From an uncultured bacterium (lineage in GTDB: Bacteria > Verrucomicrobiota > Verrucomicrobiia > Limisphaerales > UBA8199): DNA of 64,000 nucleotides. The stretch is from contig CAVVMW010000010.1 in assembly GCA_963749495.1 (NCBI GenBank), positions 512,001 through 576,000 on the forward strand. Reading direction: 5' to 3'. Each line of letters opens with the position of its first letter. Positions within the stretch are counted from its first letter, which is position 1. The notes under the pieces were generated by a model. The model searched no databases and was not told the origin of the DNA. It saw nothing but the letters and a program-made list of their open reading frames with translations. A program made the translations under genes and the position numbers. Shown here piece by piece: positions 1 to 11,814 of this stretch.

Positions 1-387
1 CGCAAGACCGCGGAGGCAGCCTTCAAGAAAAGCGGAGAACACTACAAAACGCTCTTGAGGGAATCACTTGCCCTGCAACAACATTTGCGGCATCTGACCC
101 ACCGCATTCTGTCGGCGCAGGAGGAGAAGCGAAAGGAGATCGGCCAAGATCTGCAAAATGAAATCGCCCAGGCTCTGTTGGGAATCAATGTCCGATTGTT
201 GACGTTGAAAAAGGAGGCCGCAGTCAACGCCAAGGGCTTCAAAAAAGAGATTGCCAGCACGGAACGGATGGTGCATAAGTCGGTGAAGACGATAGAACAA
301 TTCGCCCGTGAATACGGCAAACACCATGGACCACAGGTTGACCGGGCTATCGCGAGCCTATCAGGCGGCGCTGGGAAATTGCCTTGA
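1..387 (+). CDS. 3' part of a HisKA_3-like protein lacking the phosphoacceptor His and the ATPase domain (runs in from the left edge)
   Basis: Frame 1 is open from base 1. LSAQEEKRKEIGQDLQNEIAQALLGINVRL parallels LSAQEEERKKISRELHDVIAQTLTGINVRL of the next gene. It stops after the DHp helices. Confidence 0.75.
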   Translation, partial: RKTAEAAFKKSGEHYKTLLRESLALQQHLRHLTHRILSAQEEKRKEIGQDLQNEIAQALLGINVRLLTLKKEAAVNAKGFKKEIASTERMVHKSVKTIEQFAREYGKHHGPQVDRAIASLSGGAGKLP

Positions 388-1489
388 GCGGGGTCCGCGC
401 GCGAGCTTGCAGCCGGCGCAAGGGCTGGGACGCCGGGCCATGGCCCTCCGGCTGGAGACGCTGGACCTGGCCAGGATTCACGAGCGGGCATCGATTACAC
501 TGGTTTTGCCAAGCTGCTCCTCTGGCGCCCGGGAGGCGATGGTCCGGCGGGCGGGGGCCTTTTTTGCCGAGGCCATCATCCCGATCGAGAAGACTCACCG
601 CACCGCGCGGGAGATCCACGCCCACCTGAGTCAACTCCGCGACACCTTGCGCCAGCGCAGCGTGGACCTGGCGGCCTCCAACCGGCAGTTGAAACAGGAA
701 ATCGCCCAGCGCGAGTCGGTGGAGGATTCCCTCAGGAAAAGTGAGCGGCACTACGGCCAGTTGTTGGAGCAGTCGCGGCAGATGCAGGAACAATTGCGCC
801 TGCTCTCCCACCAGCTTCTGTCGGCGCAGGAGGAAGAGCGCAAGAAGATCAGCCGCGAACTGCATGACGTCATCGCCCAGACTTTGACGGGCATCAATGT
901 GCGCCTGGCGGCCTTGAAAAAAGCGGCCGCGCTCGACACCAAGGGCATCGAGCGAAACATCGCCCGCACGCAGCAGTTGGTAGAGCGCTCAGTGAACATC
1001 GTGCACCGGTTTGCCCGTGAATTGCGCCCGGCGGTGCTGGACGACCTGGGGTTGATTCCCGCCCTCCACACGTTCATGAAAAACTTCAGGGAGGAAACCG
1101 GCATCCAGGTCAGTTTGTCGGCCTTTGCCGCGGTTGAGCGAGTGAACGAGGACAAACGAACCGTGCTCTATCGCGTCGCCCAGGAAGCGCTCACCAATGT
1201 CGCCCGCCATGCCCAAGCCAGCCGGGCGGAAGTCAAAATTCAGAAACTGGATGATGCCATTTGCATGAAAATCAAAGACAACGGCAAAGGCTTTCAGACC
1301 GAACGTGTGTTGCACGGCAAAAGGAAAGGCCGATTGGGGCTGCTCGGCATGAGAGAACGATTGGAGATGGTCGGCGGCCATTTCGCCGTCACCTCCGCGC
1401 CGGGCAAAGGCGCCACCGTCGTTGCGCGAATTCCGCTAATTGACCGCAAGTCGCGGAGGGGCAGAAGGCGCGCTGATCGCGTTCGCTAG
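326..1489 (+). CDS. Cytoplasmic sensor histidine kinase (NarX/UhpB-type HisKA_3 + HATPase; N-terminal helical domain resembling RsbU_N)
   Basis: H-box RELHD, N-box QEALTNVARHA, G-boxes DNGKGF and GLLGMRER; no TM segment seen; ATG at 326. Confidence 0.9.
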   Translation: MDHRLTGLSRAYQAALGNCLERGPRASLQPAQGLGRRAMALRLETLDLARIHERASITLVLPSCSSGAREAMVRRAGAFFAEAIIPIEKTHRTAREIHAHLSQLRDTLRQRSVDLAASNRQLKQEIAQRESVEDSLRKSERHYGQLLEQSRQMQEQLRLLSHQLLSAQEEERKKISRELHDVIAQTLTGINVRLAALKKAAALDTKGIERNIARTQQLVERSVNIVHRFARELRPAVLDDLGLIPALHTFMKNFREETGIQVSLSAFAAVERVNEDKRTVLYRVAQEALTNVARHAQASRAEVKIQKLDDAICMKIKDNGKGFQTERVLHGKRKGRLGLLGMRERLEMVGGHFAVTSAPGKGATVVARIPLIDRKSRRGRRRADRVR

Positions 1490-1498
1490 AACCGAACT

Positions 1499-2185
1499 TT
1501 GATTACTATGAAACGAATTGCCGTCCTGCTGGCGGAAGATCATCAGGTCGTCCGAGAGGGCTTCCGGTTGTTATTGGAACACGAACCCGACATCGAGGTG
1601 GTCGGCGAAGCGGCCACCGGCCGCGAGGCCGTGCAACTGACCCGGAAACTTCGTCCCGCCGTGGTCGTGATGGACATCGCGATGCCGCTGCTCAACGGGT
1701 TGGAAGCCACACGGCAGATTCGCAAAGACTTTCCCGACACCAAGGTGCTCATTCTCTCCGCGCACAGTGATGAGGCTTACGTCGAGCAAGTGACCGAGTT
1801 AGGCGCCGCGGGCTTTTTGCTCAAACAAACCTCCTCACACGATCTGGCCACGGCGATTCGCGAGGTCCAGAAGGGAAACACGTTTTTCGCCGCTGCGTTG
1901 TCCGGGCCCCTCGAGGGTCGCGATCAGAAGCCGATCGAGCGAGCGGGACAACTCAAGAAGAAAAGCAACCGCCTCAGTTCGCGCGAGGCCGAGGTGCTCC
2001 AACTCATTGCCGAGGGCAAGCCCAACAAACAAGTTGCCGCGGAACTGGGCGTGAGCTTCAAAACGGTGGACAAACATCGGCAGCATCTCATGGCGAAGCT
2101 CAACATCCATGACGTTGCGGGCCTCACCCGTTACGCTATCAGCGCGGGAATCATCGAGAGCAGCGTCCCGGTGACCATCGTCTAA
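1499..2185 (+). CDS. NarL/LuxR-family response regulator
   Basis: Receiver AEDH...VMDIAMP...LSAH...LLK; C-terminal LuxR HTH LSSREAEVLQLIAEG...TVDKHR. Confidence 0.95.
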   Translation: MITMKRIAVLLAEDHQVVREGFRLLLEHEPDIEVVGEAATGREAVQLTRKLRPAVVVMDIAMPLLNGLEATRQIRKDFPDTKVLILSAHSDEAYVEQVTELGAAGFLLKQTSSHDLATAIREVQKGNTFFAAALSGPLEGRDQKPIERAGQLKKKSNRLSSREAEVLQLIAEGKPNKQVAAELGVSFKTVDKHRQHLMAKLNIHDVAGLTRYAISAGIIESSVPVTIV

Positions 2186-2231
2186 CCCCGGCGCCTTGCC
2201 GGGGTGTTCGTGACTGTTCAGGCTGCGCCTC

Positions 2232-2298
2232 GGAGCGCGGACGCCTCGTCCGCGCGTGCCCCGCGGCAAGAGACACGCGGACGAGGCGTCCGCGCTCC
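2232..2298. repeat. REP doublet (REPIN-like), GGAG-type
   Basis: Perfect 23-bp inverted arms GGAGCGCGGACGCCTCGTCCGCG / CGCGGACGAGGCGTCCGCGCTCC, each with an internal hairpin. Confidence 0.8.
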
Positions 2299-4074
2299 TA
2301 TGCCGCGGCGCTTTTCACAATGACCTGAACAGTTACGGCTGTTCTTCTTCCCGCCAAGTCCAACCTGTAGCCACCCCGGCATGCAGCGTCGGGCTGGACT
2401 TATGAAACCCCAGGTGGGGGGAAACACCCCGCGGTCAACCCCCTTCTAGGCGCATGGTCGCTGTGCTTATTCTTGCTCCGTGCAAAATCCCCGAATCCTG
2501 CAAAGTGCAGGGCCAGCCGCCGCACAAGCTCGATACGGAACCGATCCGCCCCGGCGCAGCCTCGTGGTCGATAGCGGCCTTGGCACCCGCCAATCGAGCG
2601 CCGAAGTGCTGATTCGCTGTGAAACGCATTTGTCTCTGAAGAACACTTCCATGAACTGCAAACAGAATCAGGCTGCGTATGCCGCTTCTGAGTGCCAACT
2701 GTAAAACCCCCTGATCTCCCCAACTTCGCACCATTGAGTCCGACACATCATCACAACCAACAGATATGAATACCTTAATCCAACAGCCTGAGCGGAATGG
2801 CATCGTTCAACCGTCAGGTGATTCGTCCCAGACCGAGATGACCTCGCGCGCTTGGCGGGGACCGCCCGGTCGTTTCACCTGGGCTTGTGGCAGCGTTCGA
2901 CCCTCAAGTGATTCGCCCCGGAGCGAGGCGACGTTGTCCGTCTGGCGCGGACCGGCCGGTCGCTTCACATGGGCGGGGCTGCTGGCGGGACTGGCGCTTC
3001 TGCTCCTGGGAGCCCCTGCGGCCTTCGCGCAGAGAAGTCCGCCCGGATGCACCGGGAGCGGTCTGGGGATCAACCTTTTCACGAGCCTTCCTGACGTGCA
3101 CATCGGCGACACGATCTATTACAGTGTAGAGGTGCGCAACGCGCCCTTCCCCGCCTGCGATGCCGGCGAGACCAATCCGGCGGCCGCCGGCGCGATTCAA
3201 GCGTTCGTGGTCACGCCGGATGGGGTCACCAACAACCTCACGTTGCGGCGAACGTTTCTGGCTCCAGGCGACTCGGATTTCTATACCAACGTCGTCAGTT
3301 ATGTCGTCCGCGCCCAGGACATTCTGCCCGATGGCACGGTGCGCGCCACGGCGGCGGACGAAGGTGACATTTGGCAAAACGCCACCCACAGCCGCGGTGG
3401 CGGCAACCAGGGCGTGAACACGGAGGTCAACCTGCCCTGCGTCCGGCTCATCGCGCAGTGCGTCGGCGGTGTGGGAGAAAACGGCGCGATTACCTTCACC
3501 GGCACGGTGACCAATTGCGGCAACAACACGCTGGTTGGAGTGACGGTCACGAATTTTTACGACAGTGGATTTTACACGGTGCTGTTTCCCACCAACCTGG
3601 CCATCGGGCAGGCCGCCGCGTTTAGCGGAAGCTGGGTCCCGTTGAATCCTTGTGTTCCGAGCACGGCCACACTGACCGTCCTGGCCACCGACCAATTCAC
3701 GGCCACTCCGCGGACGGTGACCAGTTCCAACACCATCACCTGTCAGGACACGCTGACTCCGGGGATCAACGTGACCAAGGCGTGTCCCGCGCAGCCGGTC
3801 GCTCCGGGCCAGTTGCTCACTTATTCAGGCAGCGTCAGCAACACCGGCAACGTGACGTTGACGAACATCGTTGTGGTCAACAATCAACCGTCTCCCAACA
3901 CGCCCGTGTTCACGCGCGCGAGCCTGGCGCCGGGCGAGGTGGCCAACTTCAGCGGCAGCTATCTGGCGCCAACCAATTGCTCCGTGGCCGACACCCTGAC
4001 CGCCACCGCGACCAGCCGCTGCGGGGCGGCGGTCAACAATTCTGCCAGTGCAACCTGTCCGATCCTGACGACGC

Positions 4075-5984
4075 CCCAGATTACGGTCACGGCGGCTTGT
4101 CCGGCCAGCCCGGTATTGCCTGGCGGTTCGCTCACCTATAGCGGCACGGTGCAGAACACCGGCAACATCACCTTGAGCAACGTGGTCGTGGTCAGTGACC
4201 GGCCCGCGCCCAACACGACGGTGTTCACAACGGCTGCGTTGGCGCCCGGCGCGTCCGCCAACTTCACCGGCACTTACACCGTTCCGACCAACGCCTGCTC
4301 GGTCACCACCACCTTCAGCGGAACCGGCAAGGGCATTTGCAGCCCTAACATGGTCACGAATACCGTTTCAACCACCTGTGCCATCACCACGGCCCCGGCC
4401 ATCGCGGTCTCGCTGGCGTGTCCGGCGGTGTCCGCCAGCGCGGGCGGTCCGATCACTTACACCGGCACGGTCCGCAATTCGGGCAACGTCACGCTCAACA
4501 ATGTGTTGGTCGTAAACAACCAACCGGGGCCCAACACGCCGGTCATTGGCCCGCTGACACTGGCACCGGGCGCCTCCAACCCCTTCACCTTCACCTTCAC
4601 CGCGCCCATCGATGCCTGCTCGGTTAGCAGCGCGGTGACAGCCAGCGGCAGCGACAACTGCACCGCGCTCCTGGTGACGAACACCGCCTCGGCCACCTGC
4701 ACGCTGGTCACCACGCCGAGCATCGCGGTCACCCAGGTCTGCCCGGCCAATCCGGCGATTCCCGGCGGGCTGCTGACCTACAGCGGCACGGTGAGCAACC
4801 CGGGCAACGTCACGCTCACCAACGTGGTGGTGATGAATAATCTGAGCGGCGCCACGCCGGTCTTCACGACCGCCACGCTGGCGCCGGGCGCCGCCGCCAA
4901 TTTCACCGGCAGCTACCTGGCGCCGACCAATTGCTCCGCCACGAGCACCACGACCGCCACCGGCCGGAGCATCTGCGATGCCGCCGTCACCGCCACGGCG
5001 AGCGCAACCTGTCCGATTTTGATTACGCCGCAGATCGCGGTGACGGCGGTTTGTCCGGCCACCCCGGTCTTGCCCGGCGGTTTGCTCACTTATAGCGGCA
5101 CGGTGCAGAACACCGGCAACTTCACCTTGACCAACGTGGTCGTGGTCAGCGATCGGCCCGCAGCCAACACGACCGTGCTCACGGTTGCCAAGCTGGCGTC
5201 CGGCGCTTCCACCAACTTCACGGGCACTTACACCGTTCCGGTTGGCGCCTGCTCGGTCACCACCACCTTCAGCGGAACCGGCAAGGACCTTTGCACCGCC
5301 ACAACGGTCACGAACACCGTTTTGACAATCTGCACGGTCACCACGGCCCCGGCCATCGGAGTCACGCTGGCGTGTCCGCCGGTGTCCCCCAGCGCAGGCG
5401 GTCCGGTCACTTACACCGGCACGGTCCGCAATTCGGGCAACGTCACGCTGAACAATGTGTTGGTCGTGAACAACCAAGCGGGGCCCAACCCGCCGGTCAT
5501 TGGTCCGCTGACGCTCGCGCCGGGCGCCTCCAACACCTTCACCTTCACCTTCACCGCGCCCATCGATGCCTGCTCGGTTAGCAGCACGGTGACAGCCAGC
5601 GGCAGCGACAACTGCACCGCGCTGCTGGTCACGAACACCGCCTCGGCCACCTGCACGCTGGTCACCACGCCGAGCATCGCGGTCACCCAGGTCTGCCCGG
5701 TCAATCCGGCGATTCCCGGCGGGCTGCTGACTTACAGCGGCACGGTGAGCAACCCGGGCAACGTCACGCTCACCAACGTGGTGGTGATGAATAATCTGAG
5801 CGGCGCCACGCCGGTCTTCACGACCGCCACGCTGGCGCCGGGCGCCGCCGCCAATTTCACCGGCAGCTACCTGGCGCCGACCAATTGCTCGACCACAAGC
5901 ACCACGACCGCCACCGGCCGGAGCATCTGCGGTGTCGCCGTCACCGCCACGGCGAGCGCGACCTGTCCGATTCTGACAGCGCCG
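4075..5984 (+). repeat. Internal 954-bp (three-domain) tandem duplication in the surface-protein gene
   Basis: PQITVTAACPASPVLPGG (~4075) recurs as PQIAVTAVCPATPVLPGG (~5029), with long nearly identical DNA stretches. Boundaries approximate. Confidence 0.8.
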
Positions 5985-7259
5985 GCCATCGTCGTGACCC
6001 AAGCCTGTCCCCCCACGCCGGTGCTGCAGGGCGGCATCCTGACCTACAGCGGCACGGTCAGCAATGCGGGCAACATCACGTTGACCAACATCATCGTGGT
6101 CAACAATTGGCCCGTGTCCAACATGGTCGTCTTCACCGCGGCTTCCCTGGCGCCGGGGGCCGTGACGAACTTCACGGGCAGCTACGTGGTGCCCAAAAAC
6201 TGCTGCGTGGCCTGGAGCACCGTCGAGGCTAGCGGCCAAGGCTGCGACGGAGCTACGGTCACCGACACCGATTCGGGCACTTGCACGGTGTTGACCTCGC
6301 CGCGCATCGTCGTGACCAAAGTGTGCGCCCCCACGGCTTTGCGGCCGGGAGACGTTTTGGTGTATAGCGGCACGGTGAGCAATGCCGGCAACATCAACCT
6401 GGTCAACGTGACCATCGTGGACAGTGAACCGGCCGCCGGTTCGCCCGTATTGGGACCCATCACCCTGGCGCCCGGTGAACCGGTGAGCTACTACGCGTCG
6501 TACCTCGTGCCGCCTGATTTCTGCGGCGCGGACACGGTCACGGCGAGCGGTCTGGACGCCTGCGGCCTCGCCCCCGTGGCCAACAGCGCGACGACCACTT
6601 GTCCCATTATCACCTCCCCGCGCATCGCCGTCACCAAGCTCTGCCCGCCGCTGCCCACGCCGCACGGTGGCCAGTTGATTTTCTCCGGCACGGTCAGCAA
6701 TGTGGGGAATGTCACGCTGGTCAATGTCTTCGTCGTCAACGACCAGCCCAGCAACAACACGCCGGTCATCGGCCCGATCACCCTGGCGCCGGGGGCTCCT
6801 TTGACTTTACCGGCAGTTATACCGTTGCACCGCTTTGTTGCGAGATGACCGGCACCCTCACCGCGCGCGGCCAGGACCGGTGCACGGGCAGCAACGTGAG
6901 CGCCACCGCCACGGCCATTTGTCCGATGCTCTACACGCCGAGAATCGCCGTGGTGCAGAACTGCCCGCCGAATCCGATGCCCATGGGAGGCGTCTATGTG
7001 TTCACCGGCTTCGTCACCAACACGGGTGACGCCATCTTGACGAATGTCGTCGTGTTCAGCAGCGAGGCGGGCCAGAACCTGCCCTTGCTGGGACCCCTTG
7101 ACCTGGCTCCGGGTCAATCGGAGCAATACACCGGCAGCGTGATTGTTGCTTCCAACATCTGCGCGGTCACCATCACTGCCGCCAGCCAGGAAACTTGCAG
7201 GGGCACCTGGATAACCAACACGACCGCCTGCCCCGTCGCCACAACTCCAGGCATTGCGA

Positions 7260-8860
7260 TCACCCAGAGCTGCCCGCCAAACCCGGTGAGTCCGGGCGGC
7301 CTGCTCACTTACAGCGGCAGCGTCCGCAATGCGGGCAATATTACCTTGACCGACATCGTAGTGACCAATGATCGAAGCGGGGCCGCGCCGGTCTTGACTG
7401 TCGCCTCGCTGGCGCCCGGCGCATCCGCCACTTTCACCGGCAGTTACACTGCGCCCGCGAGTGGTGAGGCGACGAGCACCGCGACCGTCCGCGCCTCGAG
7501 CCTTTGCAATGTGGCGGTGACGAATAGCGCCAGTTCGGCTTGCCCCCTCCTGACCTCGCCCGGAATTGCGATTACCAAGGCCTGCCCGCCTCAGCCGGTT
7601 GCAGCAGGAGGAACGCTGGTGTTTACGGGCACCGTCACCAATACGGGCACCGTCACTCTGACTAATGTCCTCGTGGTTGACAATGAGCCGGCTCCGAACA
7701 CTCCGGTGTTGGGGCCGATTACACTGGCACCCGGCGCGGGAACCAACTTTGCGGCCAGTTACACTGTCGCTCTTGACGCTTGCGCCAGCACCGACACCCT
7801 GATCGCCACCGGCAATGACAATAGCACCGGCGCCGCGGTCACGAGCAGCGTTTCGGCCACCTGTCCGATCATCACCATTCCGAGCATTGCCATCACACTG
7901 AATTGCCCGCCAAGCCCGGTGAGTCCGGGCGGCCTGCTCACTTACAGCGGCAGCGTCCGCAATGCGGGCAGTATTGCCTTGATCGACATCGTCGTGACCA
8001 ATGACCGCAACGGGGCCGCGCCGGTCTTGACTCTCGCCTCGTTGGCGCCCGGCTCATCCGCCCCTTTCAGCGGCAGTTACACGGTGCCCGCGAGTGGTGA
8101 GGCGACGAGCACCGCGACTGTCCGCGCCTCGAGCCTTTGCAATGTGGCGGTGACGAATAGCGCCAGTTCGGCTTGCCCCCTCCTGACCTCGCCCGGAATT
8201 GCGATTACCAAGGCCTGCCCGCCTCAGCCGGTTGCGGCAGGAGGAACGCTGGTGTTTACGGGCACCGTCACCAATACGGGCACCGTCACTCTGACTAATG
8301 TCCTCGTGGTTGACAATGAGCCGGCTGCCGAACACTCCGGTGTTGGGGCCGATTACACTGGCACCCGGCGCGGGAACCAACTTTGCGGCCGGTTACACTG
8401 TGGCTCCTGACGCTTGCGCCAGCACCGACACCCTGATCGCCACCGGCAATGACAATAGCACCGGCGCCGCGGTCACAAATAGCGTTTCCGTTACCTGTCC
8501 GATCATCACCATTCCGAACATTGCCATCACACTGAATTGCCCGCCAAACCCCGTAAGTCCGGGCGGCCTGCTCACTTAGAGCGGCAGCGTCCGCAATGCG
8601 GGCAGTATTACCTTGATCGACATCGTCGTGACCAATGACCGCAGCGGGGCCGCGCCGGTCTTGACTCTGGCCTCGCTGGCGCCCGGCACATCCGCCCCTT
8701 TCACCGGCAGTTACACGGTGTCCGCGAGTGGTGACGCGACGAGCACCGCGACTGTCACCGCCGCGACCCTTTGCAATGTAGCGGTGGTGAATAGCGCCAG
8801 TTCGGCTTGCCCCATCGTGACCTCGCCCGGAATTGCGATTACCAAGGCCTGCCCGCCCGT
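7260..8860 (+). repeat. Internal 633-bp (two-domain) tandem repeat, ~2.5 copies
   Basis: ccgggcggcctgctcact recurs at 633/634-bp spacing (antisense ORF starts 7308, 7941, 8575). Boundaries approximate. Confidence 0.75.
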
Positions 8861-9886
8861 GCCGGTTACGCCGGGAGCAACACTCCTGTTCACGGGCACC
8901 ATCACCAATACGGGCAATGTCACTCTGACCAATGTCGTCGTGGTCGATAACCAGCCGGCGGCCAACACCCCGGTGTTAGGCCCCGTTACGCTGCCGCCCG
9001 GAACGGGAACCAACTTCACCGGCAGCTACTTCGTGCCACTGGGCACCTGTTCCTCGGCAGACACGCTGACTGTCACTGCCAACGACGCCAGCACCGCCAT
9101 CCCAATAACCAACGCCGTCTCGGCCAACTGCACGCTGACTACCACGCCGAGCATCAGCATCACGGAGAGTTGCCCGCCAGGCCCGGTGTCTGCCGGCAGT
9201 TCCGTGGACTTCGGAGGATTGGTCAGCAACAACGGCAACATCACGTTGACAAACGTCCTCGTGGTCAGCGGCCAGCCGAGCAACAACACTCCGCTCCTTG
9301 GCCCGATCACGCTCGCCCCCGGGGCCTCCGCGCCGTTCACGGGCAGCTACATCGCCATCGGTGGCTCCAACCCGACAACCAACTCGACCATTGTGACCAA
9401 CATCAGTGGCACCATCACGACGAACGTTGACACCGTCATTACCACGAACACCACGGTCACCGTCACGACGAATGCGCCGGCCCCGATGTCGTTTGGAACC
9501 ATCAATTCCGTCTCCCAGGCCGTTGTTGATCGTTTCGTCATCGGCACCGGTTTCAGTGGGCTGACTTACGCCGGCGAGGATCATGGCTATGGAGCGACTG
9601 AGTTTTACTCGATGCGCAAAGACGCCACCGGCGAGTCCTTCTTTGACACCATCACCGCCAGCACGGCAACCACCACGGATCGCTTCGATGCCAGCAATCG
9701 AAACTTCGATGCGCTGACTTATGCAGCCCCTAACTGACATTTTGGCGATAATTTGCGTAAGGTTTTGCCGCTGTAGTTGGTGGTTTTGCGCTAGATTCGC
9801 TTGGTTTTGTCTTTGGGAGGCGCCTAAATCTCAGTTGGCCGATCTCCGGGGTGAGGTTGGGGATGACCCTCTGGGCCGAATGGCGC

Positions 9887-10234
9887 CTACACAAGCCCTA
9901 GAACCTTTTTGCTGAGTTGCTTGCGGCGCTTTGGATTGGGGAGAGAGGTGAAGAGCTCCTCCCGGCTGAGGCGTTGCATCTGGCGGAGAGTTTCCTGGAG
10001 AGTGCGCCAATTAGCAATCGCCTGCTTAAGCCACTCATACTGCTCCTTGGACAAAGCGACGCAAATGGTCTTGGCTTTGACTTTGCGGGTCCACGCATAG
10101 CAGGCGCTCCCAGCTCCTAGTCTCCGAGCTTGAACATAGCCTTCGCTAATCCACCCGGCGTTGGCCAGTCGAACTCGAAGCCGGGCGTATTCCTTTTGGC
10201 GGGCGGAGGCTGACGAGATGTTTTGTGTTTGCAT
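9887..10234 (-). CDS. IS passenger ORF, DUF6788-like basic protein
   Basis: YAWTRKVKAKTICVALSKEQYEWLKQAIANWR resembles DUF6788 (from memory); intact in both IS copies. Confidence 0.65.
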   Translation of the reverse strand: MQTQNISSASARQKEYARLRVRLANAGWISEGYVQARRLGAGSACYAWTRKVKAKTICVALSKEQYEWLKQAIANWRTLQETLRQMQRLSREELFTSLPNPKRRKQLSKKVLGLV

Positions 10235-10284
10235 GAATAAAAAGAGTAGCAGGCGTGTCAATATTTAGGTATATATACCTTAAT

Positions 10285-11814
10285 ATGCAGGCAAAAACCA
10301 AAGCTTCCGCTTCCAAACCCCAAACCCAGAGGGGCGACCGCCAGCCCCGTTCCTATACCCCCTTGTCCGATGCCCTCAGTCAACCCTTGACCTTCGTCGA
10401 CACCGAACTGGCCGAGGGCATTCAGCGTCACTCCCTGGTCGGGTCGCTGGCCGCAGCCATGAGCCGCAAGCGCCGCTCCGATGGAGAGCCCCTGGTCAAT
10501 GTGCTTTGTGCCCTGTTGGTGTGGCCGCTCTTGAAAGTCAAATCGCTCCACTGCTTTTGCGCCGAACTGTGCCAGATCCTGGCCGGCCACGTCAGCGTGC
10601 TCTACGATTTGCTGGGCCGGGAGGACATCAACTGGCGCGGTTTGTCCAGCGAACTGGCCTGGCGGGTCCATCAAGACAACGAACTGGGTCCACGCTCCCA
10701 GCGCGCCTTTGTGGTCGATGACACCAGCCAGGCCCGTGCGGGCCGCAAGGTCGAAGGCACCAGTTGCTACTACGACCATACCCAGGGCCGCAACCGGAAG
10801 GGACACCAAGTGCTGCAACTGGGGCTGGCCGGAGAAAAGGGATTCCTGCCGGTGGAGGCCCAGATCGTCATGGGGGAAAAGTGTGCCGTCGATAAGCCCA
10901 AGGACAAACCCTTCCACGACCAGCGCAGTTCGGCCGCGCGGGATCTGCGCCGGGCCAAGACGCAAACCAAACACCAACTGTTCCGGGACATGCTCCAGCG
11001 CGCTCTGCGGGCCGGCTTTAGCGCCTGGTATGTCTTGAGCGACGCGTGGTTCGGGTGCAAGGAGAACATTCTCTGCTGCCTGGAGAACAAGCTGGTCGGC
11101 ATCTTTCAAATGAAGCGCGGCAATTTGGCGTATGAGTACCGAGGCCGCAGCTACACCGCCAGCCAGTTGTATACGCTGGTCCAGCGACGGATGCGGCCCA
11201 GCAATCACCGGGCCCGATATAAGACGGCCAGCCTTGTCGTGAGCCTCAACCTGGCAACGGAGCCCAGCCAACCCGCCCATTGGGTCGAGGTGCGCCTGGT
11301 CTTCAGCGCTCCGGTTCGCGCACGCTCCGCCGACACCTGGGTCGTCTTTCTCTGCACGGACGTGACGCTGAGCGACGCCAAAATCCTGGAAGTCTACGCG
11401 CTCCGTTGGTCGATCGAGGTTTACTTTAAGGAGATCAAACAGAACCTCGGTTTCTTGAAGGAACAGAGCGGACGTTATCAGTTGGCTTACGCCTCCGTGC
11501 ATCTGGCCGCCTTGCGTTATCTGCTCCTCTTTGAGGCGATGCTCCGCAGTGGGCAGTTGAGCTACGGGCAAATTCGGGATCGGGAAAGCGGGCGCTTGCA
11601 GACCCTCACTTACGCCGCCTTGCTCTGGCACCTGTTTCGCGCACTCATTGAAGGAGCGCTCGAAGGGCTGGTAAGAGATTTGGGCCGGAAGGTTGTTCGA
11701 AGGGTCTTAACCACAATTGACCAGACCGTGGAGGCATTTCTCAATGACGCCTTACAAATGAATCCAGAGCAGGTCTCGGTTCAATTGAAGGCTGAACAGT
11801 TGGGCTATTTGTGA
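10285..11814 (+). CDS. DDE transposase
   Basis: VVDDT, LSDAWF and YALRWSIEVYFKEIKQ (YREK-like) motifs; ATG at 10285. Confidence 0.92.
   Translation: MQAKTKASASKPQTQRGDRQPRSYTPLSDALSQPLTFVDTELAEGIQRHSLVGSLAAAMSRKRRSDGEPLVNVLCALLVWPLLKVKSLHCFCAELCQILAGHVSVLYDLLGREDINWRGLSSELAWRVHQDNELGPRSQRAFVVDDTSQARAGRKVEGTSCYYDHTQGRNRKGHQVLQLGLAGEKGFLPVEAQIVMGEKCAVDKPKDKPFHDQRSSAARDLRRAKTQTKHQLFRDMLQRALRAGFSAWYVLSDAWFGCKENILCCLENKLVGIFQMKRGNLAYEYRGRSYTASQLYTLVQRRMRPSNHRARYKTASLVVSLNLATEPSQPAHWVEVRLVFSAPVRARSADTWVVFLCTDVTLSDAKILEVYALRWSIEVYFKEIKQNLGFLKEQSGRYQLAYASVHLAALRYLLLFEAMLRSGQLSYGQIRDRESGRLQTLTYAALLWHLFRALIEGALEGLVRDLGRKVVRRVLTTIDQTVEAFLNDALQMNPEQVSVQLKAEQLGYL

Noticed and set aside
4368..6665. Long antisense or alternative-frame ORFs (also 33667-36099, 45420-47012, 52669-54138, 10258-11631)
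   Set aside because: Shadow ORFs of GC-rich genes with recognisable products on the opposite strand.
6790..8340. Programmed frameshifting or phase variation in the surface protein
   Set aside because: No long homopolymer or canonical slippery site; sister repeat units lack the indels.
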